A stretch of 64,000 nucleotides of DNA from Bacillota bacterium. GTDB lineage: Bacteria; Bacillota; Clostridia; Christensenellales; CAG-138. The stretch's first letter is position 1. The number at the start of each line of letters is the position of its first letter. The translations under genes were made by a program, and so were the position numbers. Below are positions 47,481 to 56,227 of the stretch, one piece after another. Under the pieces are notes generated by a model. That model saw only the letters and a list, made by a program, of their open reading frames with translations. It had not been told where the DNA came from and searched no databases. Location of the stretch: NCBI GenBank assembly GCA_038562375.1, contig JBCFAY010000004.1, positions 89,413 through 153,412 of the forward strand, written 5' to 3'.

Positions 47481-47807
47481 TTATTTTGTCGCCGTGCCCA
47501 TCGGGGTTTCAAACGGGCGTTTGACCGGGCCCTTCGCCTCGTTTTGCGTACGCGGAAGGTTCCTGAGCTGATCGATCCTCGAATCCAGCGCCTGATAATC
47601 CGCCCTGAGCTTATGAAGCTCATCCGAAAGATCGAGGGCTACCAGCAATACGGCGTTGAGGGTGCTGAAATTCGGATACTTCCTCTGAACCGTATCGATC
47701 TTATCATCGACATAGGATGCGATCTGCCGAATGTACTCCTCACACTCGCTGCCGGTGATGTTAAACTCCTGACCGCAAATACGGATACACGTCCGGTTCT
47801 TCCCCAT
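47481..47807 (-). CDS. zapA: Cell division protein ZapA
   Basis: IRICGQEFNI..SECEEYIRQIASYVD.K pattern, positioned after pheT as in Bacillus. The start is uncertain (47807 or 47825). Confidence 0.75.
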   Translation of the reverse strand: MGKNRTCIRICGQEFNITGSECEEYIRQIASYVDDKIDTVQRKYPNFSTLNAVLLVALDLSDELHKLRADYQALDSRIDQLRNLPRTQNEAKGPVKRPFETPMGTATK

Positions 47808-47874
47808 AATCACACCGCCCCGCATTTCTACTATATATTGTTATTATAGTATGGTTTTACCACCAATGCAAGGG

Positions 47875-50277
47875 TTATACTCTTAAAATCGCTCCGAATT
47901 CTTCCTGCAGCGCGCCGAGGATCGCGCCGACGGCCTGCTTAATGTCCTCGTCGGTCAGCGTCCTATCCGTTGCGCGCAGCGTGAAGGAATACGCCATGCT
48001 CTTCTTACCCTCGGGGATGCCATTGCCCTTGAACACGTCGAAGAGTTCGACGTCCTCAACAAGCGTTTGAGCCGGCGAACGGAGGATCGTTTCCTTCATG
48101 CTCGCGGCCTGCACCGACTCGTCGACGATCACGGCCAAATCCCTGACGACGACCGGGAAACGCGGCAGCGGCGCATAGCGCTTCTGAGCAAGCTGATGCT
48201 TGAAGAGCTTCGCGACCTCGATCTCCGCGACGAATGCGTGCGCGCCGAGCTCAAATGAGCGGGCTACGGCGGGATGGATCTCGCCGAGCTCGCCGATGAT
48301 CTCCTCCCCGAGCGTGATCTCTGCCTTGCGTCCCGGATGGAGATACTCTCCGCCACCCGCACGGAAGGAGGCGTTTTCGATCCCGAACACACGAAGCAGC
48401 CATTCGACGCTGCCCTTGAGCGTGAAGAAATCCTCGTTCTCGCCCATATAGGCGATTCCGAGCAGCTTGCGCTCCGTGGGCAGATCCCCTCCCTCCTCGA
48501 AGTGCACGTTCCCGACTTCGAAAAAGCGCCCGTGCCCCGTACGCCGCTTGACGTTGAGCGACAGCGTGCCGAGCATCCCCGGCAGCAGCGTTGTGCGCAT
48601 CAGGCTTTGATCCTCGCCGAACGGATTGAGGATGCGGACCGTCCTGCGCTTTTCATCTTTTTCCGGCAGCCGAAGCTCGTCGAGCACGGCCGGGCCGGTG
48701 AAGTTGTAATTGTACATCTCATACGCGCCCATGGATACCATCTCGTCCTTGAGCCGATCCTCAAACGCGAATTCAGGGCTGAGCCTTCCAAGGAACGTGT
48801 CCCCGCGCATGAGCGTCGGCTCGATGTTGTAGTACCCGTAAATGCGCGCGATCTCCTCGGCGATGTCCCAATCCGCCTCGATAGAGCTTTCGATGTCCAC
48901 GCGGTAATGAGGCACGCTGACGATGAGGGCCTCTCCGTCGATCTTTGAAGAAATGCTGATCGTGGCGAGCATATCCGCCATTTCCCGTGCGGTGAACGAC
49001 GTGTTGAGGATACGGTTCACATGCTGCCAATCCACACGGATTTTCCGCTCCGTCGGCGCGGATTCGCATACGTCGATCACGCCGCCGATCACCGTTCCGG
49101 CCTTTAATTCATCCACGAGCTCGATCGCGCGGTTGAGCGCCTTCATCGCGCTCACCGCCTCGACGCCCTTGATGAAGCGCGCCGCCGCATCCGTCTTGTG
49201 GCGAAGCTTCCGGCAGGTCGCGCGGATATTGCTGCCCTTGAACACCGCCGCCTCGAAGAGCGCCGCCTTGGTGTTTTCGGTGATTTCCGAGTTTTCGCCG
49301 CCCATCACGCCCGCGACGGCGACGCCCCGCTCGGGGTCCGCGATCAAAAGCATATCCGGCGTCACGTTCCTAGGCTTTGAGTCGAGCGTCACGACCACCT
49401 CGTTTTCGTAGGCATTGCGCACGATGATGTGGCCTTGCGAGATGCACGCGAGGTCGAACGGATGCATCGGGTGCCCGTACTCGGCCATAACGAGGTTGGT
49501 GATGTCGACGATGTTGTTGATCGGGCGCATACCGACGCTCTTCAGCTTCTTTTGCATCCAGGCGGGCGACGGCTCGATCTTGAGGTCGGCGACGACGCGC
49601 GCGGCGTAGCGCGGGCAGAGCTGTGCATTTTCAACGGTTACGCGCGCATAGTCCGAAGCGTTGCCTTGACCTGCGACGTCGCGGATCACCGGCTCGAAAA
49701 ACGGCTTTCCGAGCGCAGAGGCGACTTCCCTGCACATGCCGATAATGCTCTGGCAGTCCGCGCGATTGGGCGTAAGCTCGATCTCGAATATCACGTCGTC
49801 CATTCCGAGCGCTTTTTCGATCGGCTCGCCGGGCGCGTGTTCGCCCTGCAAAAGAAGCAGGCCGTGCACCTCGCTGCCGGGATAGTCGCCCTCCGTAAGG
49901 CCCAGCTCCTTGCCCGAGCAGAGCATACCGGAGCTCTTGACGCCGCGCATCTCGACCTCGCCGATCGTGATCTTCCCCGGGAGCTTCGCGCCGATCTTCG
50001 CTACCGGGACGAGCGCGCCCTTGGCGACGTTCGGCGCGCCGCACACGATGGTGAGCGTTTCGCCGGTCCCGGCGTCGATGCGGCACACATGCAGCGAGTT
50101 TGCGTTCGGGTGATCCTCTACGGAGAGTACGCGCCCGACGACCACGCCTTCGACCTCGCCCAGCTCCGAATCGATCGAGGCAACCTCGAACCCGCGCCAC
50201 ATGAGCTTTTCGACAAGCTCCTCGTCAGTAACGTCCACATTAACGTATTCTTTCAGCCATTTCAACGGCAGTTTCAT
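47875..50277 (-). CDS. pheT: Phenylalanine-tRNA ligase beta subunit
   Basis: 800 aa with MKLPLKWLKEYV, tRNA-binding, B3/4, B5 and FDX-ACB domains. Confidence 0.95.
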   Translation of the reverse strand: MKLPLKWLKEYVNVDVTDEELVEKLMWRGFEVASIDSELGEVEGVVVGRVLSVEDHPNANSLHVCRIDAGTGETLTIVCGAPNVAKGALVPVAKIGAKLPGKITIGEVEMRGVKSSGMLCSGKELGLTEGDYPGSEVHGLLLLQGEHAPGEPIEKALGMDDVIFEIELTPNRADCQSIIGMCREVASALGKPFFEPVIRDVAGQGNASDYARVTVENAQLCPRYAARVVADLKIEPSPAWMQKKLKSVGMRPINNIVDITNLVMAEYGHPMHPFDLACISQGHIIVRNAYENEVVVTLDSKPRNVTPDMLLIADPERGVAVAGVMGGENSEITENTKAALFEAAVFKGSNIRATCRKLRHKTDAAARFIKGVEAVSAMKALNRAIELVDELKAGTVIGGVIDVCESAPTERKIRVDWQHVNRILNTSFTAREMADMLATISISSKIDGEALIVSVPHYRVDIESSIEADWDIAEEIARIYGYYNIEPTLMRGDTFLGRLSPEFAFEDRLKDEMVSMGAYEMYNYNFTGPAVLDELRLPEKDEKRRTVRILNPFGEDQSLMRTTLLPGMLGTLSLNVKRRTGHGRFFEVGNVHFEEGGDLPTERKLLGIAYMGENEDFFTLKGSVEWLLRVFGIENASFRAGGGEYLHPGRKAEITLGEEIIGELGEIHPAVARSFELGAHAFVAEIEVAKLFKHQLAQKRYAPLPRFPVVVRDLAVIVDESVQAASMKETILRSPAQTLVEDVELFDVFKGNGIPEGKKSMAYSFTLRATDRTLTDEDIKQAVGAILGALQEEFGAILRV

Positions 50278-50293
50278 ATCCGTTTCGTCCCCC

Positions 50294-51316
50294 TTAGAAC
50301 TGTTTTAAGAAGCGCGCGTCGTTCTCATACTGGAGCCTGATGTCGGTAACGCCGAACTTCAGGTTCGCGACGCGGTCAACACCCACGCCGAACGCGAACG
50401 CGCTCCACTCGTTCGGATCGAGGCCGCAGCACTCGATGTCGTGCGGGTTGGTGATTCCGCAGCCCATGATCTCGAGCCAGCCCGTTCCCTTGCAGGCGCG
50501 GCAGCCCTTGCCGCCGCAGATCGTGCAGGAGATGTCCACCTCGGCCGAAGGCTCCGTGAACGGGAAATAGCTCGGCCGAAAGCGCGTCCTTACGTCGTCG
50601 CCGAACACGGCGCACACGAACGCGCTCACCGTCCCCTTAAGGTCCGCGAAGGTGATATGCTTGTCGACCACCAGGCCCTCCATCTGCATGAACACCGGCG
50701 AGTGCGACGCGTCCACCTCGTCCACGCGGAACACGCGGCCCGGGATCACAAGGCGGAACGGCGGCGTCAGGTTCAGCAAGGCGCGCGCCTCGCAGGGCGA
50801 GGTGTGGGTTCTTAAAACGACGCTGTCGCTGACGTAAAACGTATCCTGCATATCGCGCGCGGGATGATCCGGCGGCATGTTGAGCATGGTGAAGTTGTAT
50901 TCGTCATACTCGATTTCGGGTCCGTCGAACGTCGTAAAGCCCATGCCGATCAATGCATCGCGGATCTGGCGGTAGGTCTGCGTCATCGGGTGCAGCCTTC
51001 CGCGCACAATGGGGACCTTGCCCGGCTCGGTCACGTCGATCGCCTCGCGCTCAAAACGGCGCTCTTCCTCGCGCTGCGCGACGACGGTCTTCTCCGACGC
51101 GATCAGCTCCTCGAGCTCGCGCTTGACCGCGTTTGCCGCCTGCCCGACGAGGGCGCGCTGTTCCTTATGGAGCTTGCCCATCGTGCGCAGGATCTCCGTC
51201 AGCGAGCCGCTGCGTCCAAGCACCGAGATCTCAACATTTTCAAGATCTGCCTGCGTCTGTGCATGGGCGATCCTTTCAAGGGCGTCCTGTCTGATTCTTT
51301 CGAGTTCTTCGTGCAT
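50294..51316 (-). CDS. pheS: Phenylalanine-tRNA ligase alpha subunit
   Basis: 340 aa with class II motifs (HPARDMQDTFY, FRPSYFPFTEPS, GVGVDR). Confidence 0.95.
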   Translation of the reverse strand: MHEELERIRQDALERIAHAQTQADLENVEISVLGRSGSLTEILRTMGKLHKEQRALVGQAANAVKRELEELIASEKTVVAQREEERRFEREAIDVTEPGKVPIVRGRLHPMTQTYRQIRDALIGMGFTTFDGPEIEYDEYNFTMLNMPPDHPARDMQDTFYVSDSVVLRTHTSPCEARALLNLTPPFRLVIPGRVFRVDEVDASHSPVFMQMEGLVVDKHITFADLKGTVSAFVCAVFGDDVRTRFRPSYFPFTEPSAEVDISCTICGGKGCRACKGTGWLEIMGCGITNPHDIECCGLDPNEWSAFAFGVGVDRVANLKFGVTDIRLQYENDARFLKQF

Positions 51317-51334
51317 CCGTATCCCCTCCGAAAT

Positions 51335-51605
51335 TCATATAAAAAGCGCGCCCGCCGCTAGGGACGAGCGCACTCGTGGTACCACCCTGTTTCGCCCCGC
51401 CGTTAAAGCCGGGCCTCTGTCACGGCATCAAACGATACCGCTCGGGCGCTATCGGGCCCAACCGTTGCCGACTACGCATCGAAACTTCACCGGCAAAGCT
51501 CCGGAGCGAACTTGTGCCGGACTCTTGCGCAGCCGCTCGCAGCAAATGCGGCCCTCTCTGTAGCGCGTACGGACGGCTTTTCTCCCTCATCGCCATTTCA
51601 CACTT
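51335..51605 (-). promoter_or_regulatory. T-box leader (Phe) with terminator, upstream of pheS
   Basis: On the minus strand the promoter is TTGTAA, 17 nt, TGgTATAAT (51640-51612). Stem I begins GCGAUGAGGGAGAAAAG and contains an AGAGAG box. The T-box motif is AACAGGGUGGUACCACGAG (about 51375-51393). The terminator GUGCGCUCG/CGGGCGCGC is followed by UUUUUAU (51339-51373). Confidence 0.85.
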
Positions 51606-51623
51606 TGCGGCATTATACCACGT

Positions 51624-52955
51624 CTAGCGGAATATTACAAGACGTACGCGCTTAAGATTGAGCGCCAGCCGCACGCCGTCGCCGAGTATCATGCCGAAAA
51701 GATACCCATAGATATTCAGTTCCGGCACCGCAGTCAGCAGCCAGACCAGGCCGAGCTGGAATGCCTCGGCGATGATGGCGTAGGTCAAGATCTTCCTCTG
51801 CTCGCCGACCGCGTTTAGTATGCTGATGCTGACAAATAAAAAATAGGTAATCGCCGTATGAACGGCGAGCAGCAGCGCGAGCGTCGGCCCGATGGGCTGG
51901 CCGAAAAGCAGCATACAGAGCTTTGGGACAAACGGCAAGAGCGAAAACGTGACCGGCAGCGCGAATATCGCCGTGATAAGCAGCGCCTTTTTAACCTTTC
52001 GCCGAACCCCCGCGGGATCGCTGTGCGCGACGCTGGCAGCGACGTTCGGCAAGAGAACCGTGCAGAGCGAATTGATGACCGGCACCGGTAAAAACATCAG
52101 CGGCGCGGCCATACCCGAGAGGATGCCGAGCGCCGAAACCGCGGCCGAGCGTGTAAAGCCGGCGACCACAAGCCGCGCCGGGAACAATATCGTCGCAACG
52201 GAGGAGAACATGTTGCTGATGATGCTCGTCGCCGCGACGGGCATCATGATGCCGCGGAATTCGCGCGCAAGCCCTTCCGGACGCGACTTTCTCTTCAACG
52301 CCCTATGCACGAAGCGCCTTAAAAAGCTCGTGAGCAAAAAAATCGAGCTGTAGATTTCGCTCAGCGTCATGCCAAGGAGTATCAAAAACGCGGTATGCCC
52401 ATAATCGCCGTTGGAGAACCGGTTGAGAAGCAGCAGAACAAGGCCGATCCTTAAAAGCTGTTCCCCAACCTCGGAGACGATCGCGTATTTTACCTGACGT
52501 ATGCCGTGGAAAACCGATTTAAAGATGTTTTCGATGCCCGTGAGAAAAATGCAGGCGAGCACGAGATAAAGCGCCTGCACCGTCCGCGGATCGCCGAGCA
52601 GTGCTGCGCCGATGAACTGGGGGAAGAGCACGACCGGCAGCGCCATGAGCGCGAACAGCAGTATGAACGCAGCGACGGCGATACGCACGAGCCTGCGTAT
52701 GCCTGCGTCGTCGCCCCTCGCGACGAGCTTCGCTGAGATCGCGGTGACGGCGACGCATACGCCCGAAAGGCAAACCGAATAGAGAATGGCATATACCTGC
52801 ATGACCAGCATGTATATGCCCATTCCCTCCGGGCCCGCGAGCCGCGAAAGCGCGATCCTGTAGGCAAATCCCAGCAGATGCAGAAACAGGTTCGATGCGG
52901 CGAGCATCGCCGCCTGGCTCATTACGGAATTCTTGTTCTCTCGCAAAGGCCGCAC
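51624..52955 (-). CDS. MOP-superfamily flippase (polysaccharide biosynthesis / SpoVB-MurJ-like)
   Basis: 443 aa, polytopic (about 12 TM segments), with an N-terminus AASNLFLHLLGFAYRIALSRLAGPEGMG typical of the family. The start is ambiguous: GTG at 52955 or ATG at 52922. Confidence 0.6.
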   Translation of the reverse strand: MRPLRENKNSVMSQAAMLAASNLFLHLLGFAYRIALSRLAGPEGMGIYMLVMQVYAILYSVCLSGVCVAVTAISAKLVARGDDAGIRRLVRIAVAAFILLFALMALPVVLFPQFIGAALLGDPRTVQALYLVLACIFLTGIENIFKSVFHGIRQVKYAIVSEVGEQLLRIGLVLLLLNRFSNGDYGHTAFLILLGMTLSEIYSSIFLLTSFLRRFVHRALKRKSRPEGLAREFRGIMMPVAATSIISNMFSSVATILFPARLVVAGFTRSAAVSALGILSGMAAPLMFLPVPVINSLCTVLLPNVAASVAHSDPAGVRRKVKKALLITAIFALPVTFSLLPFVPKLCMLLFGQPIGPTLALLLAVHTAITYFLFVSISILNAVGEQRKILTYAIIAEAFQLGLVWLLTAVPELNIYGYLFGMILGDGVRLALNLKRVRLVIFR

Positions 52956-53020
52956 CTCGTTTGCCGCGCGGCGTGCCGCACCCGACCGGCGAAGGCGGAA
53001 CGCGAAGCCCCGGGCGGTAT

Positions 53021-53054
53021 AAAAAAGGAGCCGAAGCGCATCGCTTTGGCTCCT
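53021..53054 (-). terminator. Intrinsic terminator of the beta-CASP gene
   Basis: On the minus strand the stem AGGAGCCAAAGCG/CGCTTCGGCTCCT with loop ATG is followed by TTTTTT. Confidence 0.75.
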
Positions 53055-53099
53055 CTGCCCTATGTATATTGCCGCATCCGAGGGTTTAAGACAGGTTTG

Positions 53100-54731
53100 T
53101 CAGATTCGCGCGGAAAGGAGGTTACTCCATTTCTCGACCAGCGCCTTAACGTCCGCTTCCATGATATCGAGCTTGAGCTCCATATCCGGCGAGCGCCGCT
53201 GGCCGATCGCGTCGAGAAGCTCGATGATCCGCGCGGTCTGCTTGCGGATGCCGGTATCGCGCTTGAGCTCGCCGACCGGGACCGCCGCTTGCTTGGGCGT
53301 AACCTGCTCGGTGCCCTCCGCGCCGGGTATGATTTCGTACACCTCCGCCAATGCCGGGATCTCCACGTTGAACCCGAGGGAAGATATCGCGTTTTCCAGG
53401 GATTCGAGCGCTTTTTCTTCGCCGTGCACAAGGAATACGCGCTTTGGCTTACCGCCGATGTTCCGCGCCCACTCGATCAGCTCGTCGCGTCCCGCGTGGC
53501 CGGAGAACCCTTCGATCTGTTCGATCGTGGCGTTGACGCGGATCTGCTCTCCGAAGAGCTTGACGCTCTTTGCCCCGTCGACAAGCATCCTCCCGAGCGT
53601 CCCCACCGCCTGATATCCAGCGAAGAGTATCGTCGAATCCGCTCGGTACAGGTTATGCTTGAGATGGTGGCGGATCCTGCCCGCGTCGCACATGCCCGAG
53701 GAGGAAATGATGATGCTGCTGTTGCGCTCGAAGTTGATCTGTCGACTCTCCTCGGCGGTCCTTGCGACGCGCAGCGTCGGAAAATCGAACGGCGAACCGC
53801 TCTTTGCCATCTCCAGGGCCTCTTCGTCGTAATACCCCTGCGCGCAGCGCTCGTAGACCTTTGTAGCCTCGATGCCCAAGGGGCTGTCGATATACACCGG
53901 GATACGCTCGAGGCCCGGAACCTTATTGTATTTGAGCAGGCGCTTGATGTAGTAGAGCAGCTCCTGCGTGCGGCCGACGGCGAAGGATGGGATGACGATA
54001 TTGCCGCCCCTTGCTATCCCGGCGCGCAGCACGTTCGCGAGCGTCTTTTCCTTGGCCTCCTCGGATTCGATCTCGTGGTTGCGGTCGCCGTAGGTGCCCT
54101 CCATGATCAGGTAATCCGCGCCGTGGATCGGCACCGGATCGTTGATGATCGGCCGGTTGTTCCTGCCGATATCGCCGGAGAACACGAGCTTGGTCGCCGC
54201 CCCTTTCTCCTCCACCCAGATTTCAAGGGAGGCGGAACCCAGAAGATGCCCGGCGTCGTTAAAGCGGATCTTTACGCCCGGCGCAAACTCGACGATGTCC
54301 GCGTATTTCGCGGACTGGAAAAGGCCGAGCGAGTCGAGCGCGTGCTTCATCGTGTAGAGCGGTTCGATGAACGGTTTCCCCGCGCGCTGGTTCTTGCGGT
54401 TGGTCCATTCCGCTTCCTGTTCCTGGATGTGCGCGGAATCCGGCAGCATGATCGTCGCGAGCTCCGCCGTGGCCTCCGTGCAAAGCACAACCCCGTGAAA
54501 TCCCTGTTTCGCAAGCAGCGGGATCAGCCCGCTGTGATCGATGTGCGCATGGGTGAGGAACACGGCGTCGATCTTTGTGGGATCAAAGGCGAAGCGATCC
54601 TCTCCATACTCGCCTTTGGTATCCTCTCCCTGACGCATACCGCAGTCGATCAGGAACGTTCCCGCGTCGCATTGAAGCAGGTGACAGGAGCCCGTCACGG
54701 CGCGCGCGGCTCCGCAGAATTGAAGTTTCAT
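53100..54731 (-). CDS. MBL-fold beta-CASP RNA-metabolising hydrolase (CPSF73/RNase J-related)
   Basis: THAHIDHSG motif, a beta-CASP module, RMMBL-like HGE, and a helical tail of about 100 aa. Confidence 0.8.
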   Translation of the reverse strand: MKLQFCGAARAVTGSCHLLQCDAGTFLIDCGMRQGEDTKGEYGEDRFAFDPTKIDAVFLTHAHIDHSGLIPLLAKQGFHGVVLCTEATAELATIMLPDSAHIQEQEAEWTNRKNQRAGKPFIEPLYTMKHALDSLGLFQSAKYADIVEFAPGVKIRFNDAGHLLGSASLEIWVEEKGAATKLVFSGDIGRNNRPIINDPVPIHGADYLIMEGTYGDRNHEIESEEAKEKTLANVLRAGIARGGNIVIPSFAVGRTQELLYYIKRLLKYNKVPGLERIPVYIDSPLGIEATKVYERCAQGYYDEEALEMAKSGSPFDFPTLRVARTAEESRQINFERNSSIIISSSGMCDAGRIRHHLKHNLYRADSTILFAGYQAVGTLGRMLVDGAKSVKLFGEQIRVNATIEQIEGFSGHAGRDELIEWARNIGGKPKRVFLVHGEEKALESLENAISSLGFNVEIPALAEVYEIIPGAEGTEQVTPKQAAVPVGELKRDTGIRKQTARIIELLDAIGQRRSPDMELKLDIMEADVKALVEKWSNLLSARI

Positions 54732-54772
54732 ATTCCCTCGATTCTATTTCTATCGTAATGAAATGGTTGCAA

Positions 54773-55654
54773 TTACTTCTTTAAACTCGCCCTGCTTGCG
54801 CCGAAATATACCAGCGCCATCGTGCCGGGGCCGCAGTGGGAACCGATGACCGGACCGACCGGATTGATCACCACATCCTTAGGCGCGATCTGCTCCCTGA
54901 CCTTGGCTTCAAGCGCAAGCGCATCCTCCATGCAGTTCGCCTGGCAGATGTAGACCGTCTGCTCCTTGGGGTTTTCGATCGTCGCGGCGCACTGATCCAA
55001 GAGATATTTGACGGCTTTTTTCCGGCCCTTGATCTTTTCGATCGGCACGAGAAGACCTTCCGGGCTGATGTAGAGCACCGGCTTGATTTCGAGCACGGTG
55101 CCGAAGAACGCCGAAGCGTTGGAGATGCGGCCGCCGCGCCTTAAATACTCGAGGCTCTCCACGGTAAAAAGCGCGCAGGAGCGCTGCTTGTTCTGTTCCA
55201 CCCATTGGGCGATCTCTTCTATGGACGCGCCTTCCTCCTTCATTATAGCGGCGTGGAGCACGAGCTGGCCCAAAGGCATGGAAATCGCAAGCGTGTCGAT
55301 CATGACGATCGTGCGGGCCGGGAAGCGCTCCAAAAGCTCTTCGCGCGCCATCTGTTCGCAGTTGAAGGTACCCGAGAGCTGTGAGGAAAAACCGATATGC
55401 AGGATGTCAAGGCCAGCTTCGAGCAGCGGCGTCCAGAATTCGACGATCTCGTTGGGATTGCGCTGGGCGGTCGTGACAGTCGCCCCAGCGCGCATCTTCT
55501 CATAAAACGCCCCGATGTCCGTCTCTCTGCCAAGGTCGTAATAATACTCCACCCCGTCGACGCTGTACGGCATTCTAAGAACTTTAATATTATACCGGTC
55601 TTCCCACTGATACGGGATTTCTGAATTGGATTCGGTCGTGATGATAAATGGCAT
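54773..55654 (-). CDS. DegV-family fatty-acid-binding protein
   Basis: 293 aa with the TTAQ(R)NP and SGT patterns of DegV, and an AGGAGG SD. Confidence 0.9.
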   Translation of the reverse strand: MPFIITTESNSEIPYQWEDRYNIKVLRMPYSVDGVEYYYDLGRETDIGAFYEKMRAGATVTTAQRNPNEIVEFWTPLLEAGLDILHIGFSSQLSGTFNCEQMAREELLERFPARTIVMIDTLAISMPLGQLVLHAAIMKEEGASIEEIAQWVEQNKQRSCALFTVESLEYLRRGGRISNASAFFGTVLEIKPVLYISPEGLLVPIEKIKGRKKAVKYLLDQCAATIENPKEQTVYICQANCMEDALALEAKVREQIAPKDVVINPVGPVIGSHCGPGTMALVYFGASRASLKK

Positions 55655-55727
55655 TTGTTACCTCCTGAGCTGAATTGTTGCCCCTCGCTAAGCTAGGATA
55701 TTAGTGCAAATGATATTTAATTAATTA

Positions 55728-55756
55728 ATTATAACGAATTGCGGCGGGTTGCGCAA
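55728..55756 (-). promoter_or_regulatory. SigA-type promoter of the DegV gene
   Basis: Minus strand reads TTGCGC, 17 nt, TATAAT. Confidence 0.55.
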
Positions 55757-55885
55757 GTTATGTCCGGCAGCGCCGGGGTCGATCCTGCGCCGAGCGGCGG
55801 TATCCCTTGCGGAGCCTACGGGCAGCGGTCGATGTTTCCCCTTTTGCATTTTAAAGCAAAAAGATTTGAATCCCGTATAAACACA

Positions 55886-55920
55886 AAAAGAACCCGCGTC
55901 AATCACGCGCAGGTTCTTTT
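55886..55920. terminator. Terminator hairpin after the 42-codon ORF
   Basis: AAAAGAACCCGCG-tcaatca-CGCG(ca)GGTTCTTTT, with A and T tracts on both sides. Confidence 0.55.
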
Positions 55921-55969
55921 GGCTCGTCTGAATCGCCGTTCGGTCCGGGATTTGGCCGATCCCAAGCGG

Positions 55970-56098
55970 TTAATCCTGTTCCTCAACCGTCAAAGTACAT
56001 CCGATGGTAAATTCCGCGGAGCAGACGCTCACGTCATGGACAATGTCCTTCTTCTCTTGTTCGGCAGAGTCCAAAGGAACATTCTTTTCTTCACACAT
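55970..56098 (-). CDS. Candidate small protein, 42 aa (MCEEKNVPLDSAEQEKKDIVHDVSVCSAEFTIGCTLTVEEQD)
   Basis: Hand-translated, because it is below the ORF-track cutoff. A GGAGGG SD lies 7 nt before the ATG, it has its own promoter upstream and a terminator downstream, and there is an in-frame TAA 24 nt upstream of the ATG. Confidence 0.35.
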   Translation of the reverse strand: MCEEKNVPLDSAEQEKKDIVHDVSVCSAEFTIGCTLTVEEQD

Positions 56099-56130
56099 CG
56101 CGCATCCCTCCAAACTGTTTTATTGCTTTT

Positions 56131-56160
56131 ATCATATCATATTTCACAATTTCTGTACAA
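56131..56160 (-). promoter_or_regulatory. Candidate promoter of the 42-codon ORF
   Basis: Minus strand reads TTGTAC, 18 nt, TGaTATGAT (extended -10), placed between the ABC ATPase stop and the small ORF. Confidence 0.4.
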
Positions 56161-56227
56161 GAACATTGCGGCAGGCAGATTTTCGCGCGCTTTAGGGACA
56201 GAATCTCGGATCGCCCCGATGCATCGC

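Noticed and set aside
52878-54758. A 626-aa plus-strand ORF. Similar long ORFs include 343-1173, 2176-3069, 6391-7524, 40262-41254, 43497-44513, 46273-47121 and 49429-50340.
   Set aside because: All lie antisense to, or out of frame with, strongly recognisable genes. They are Arg/Ala/Gly/His-rich with no motifs, as expected for stop-poor shadow frames in GC-rich DNA, and they lack SD sequences.
55717-55735. A TTAATTAATTAATTA run (stops in all frames, PacI-like) that looks like an engineered stop cassette.
   Set aside because: It lies immediately downstream of the -10 of a natural-looking TTGCGC-17-TATAAT promoter in an AT-rich leader. It is too short, and nothing else suggests a construct.
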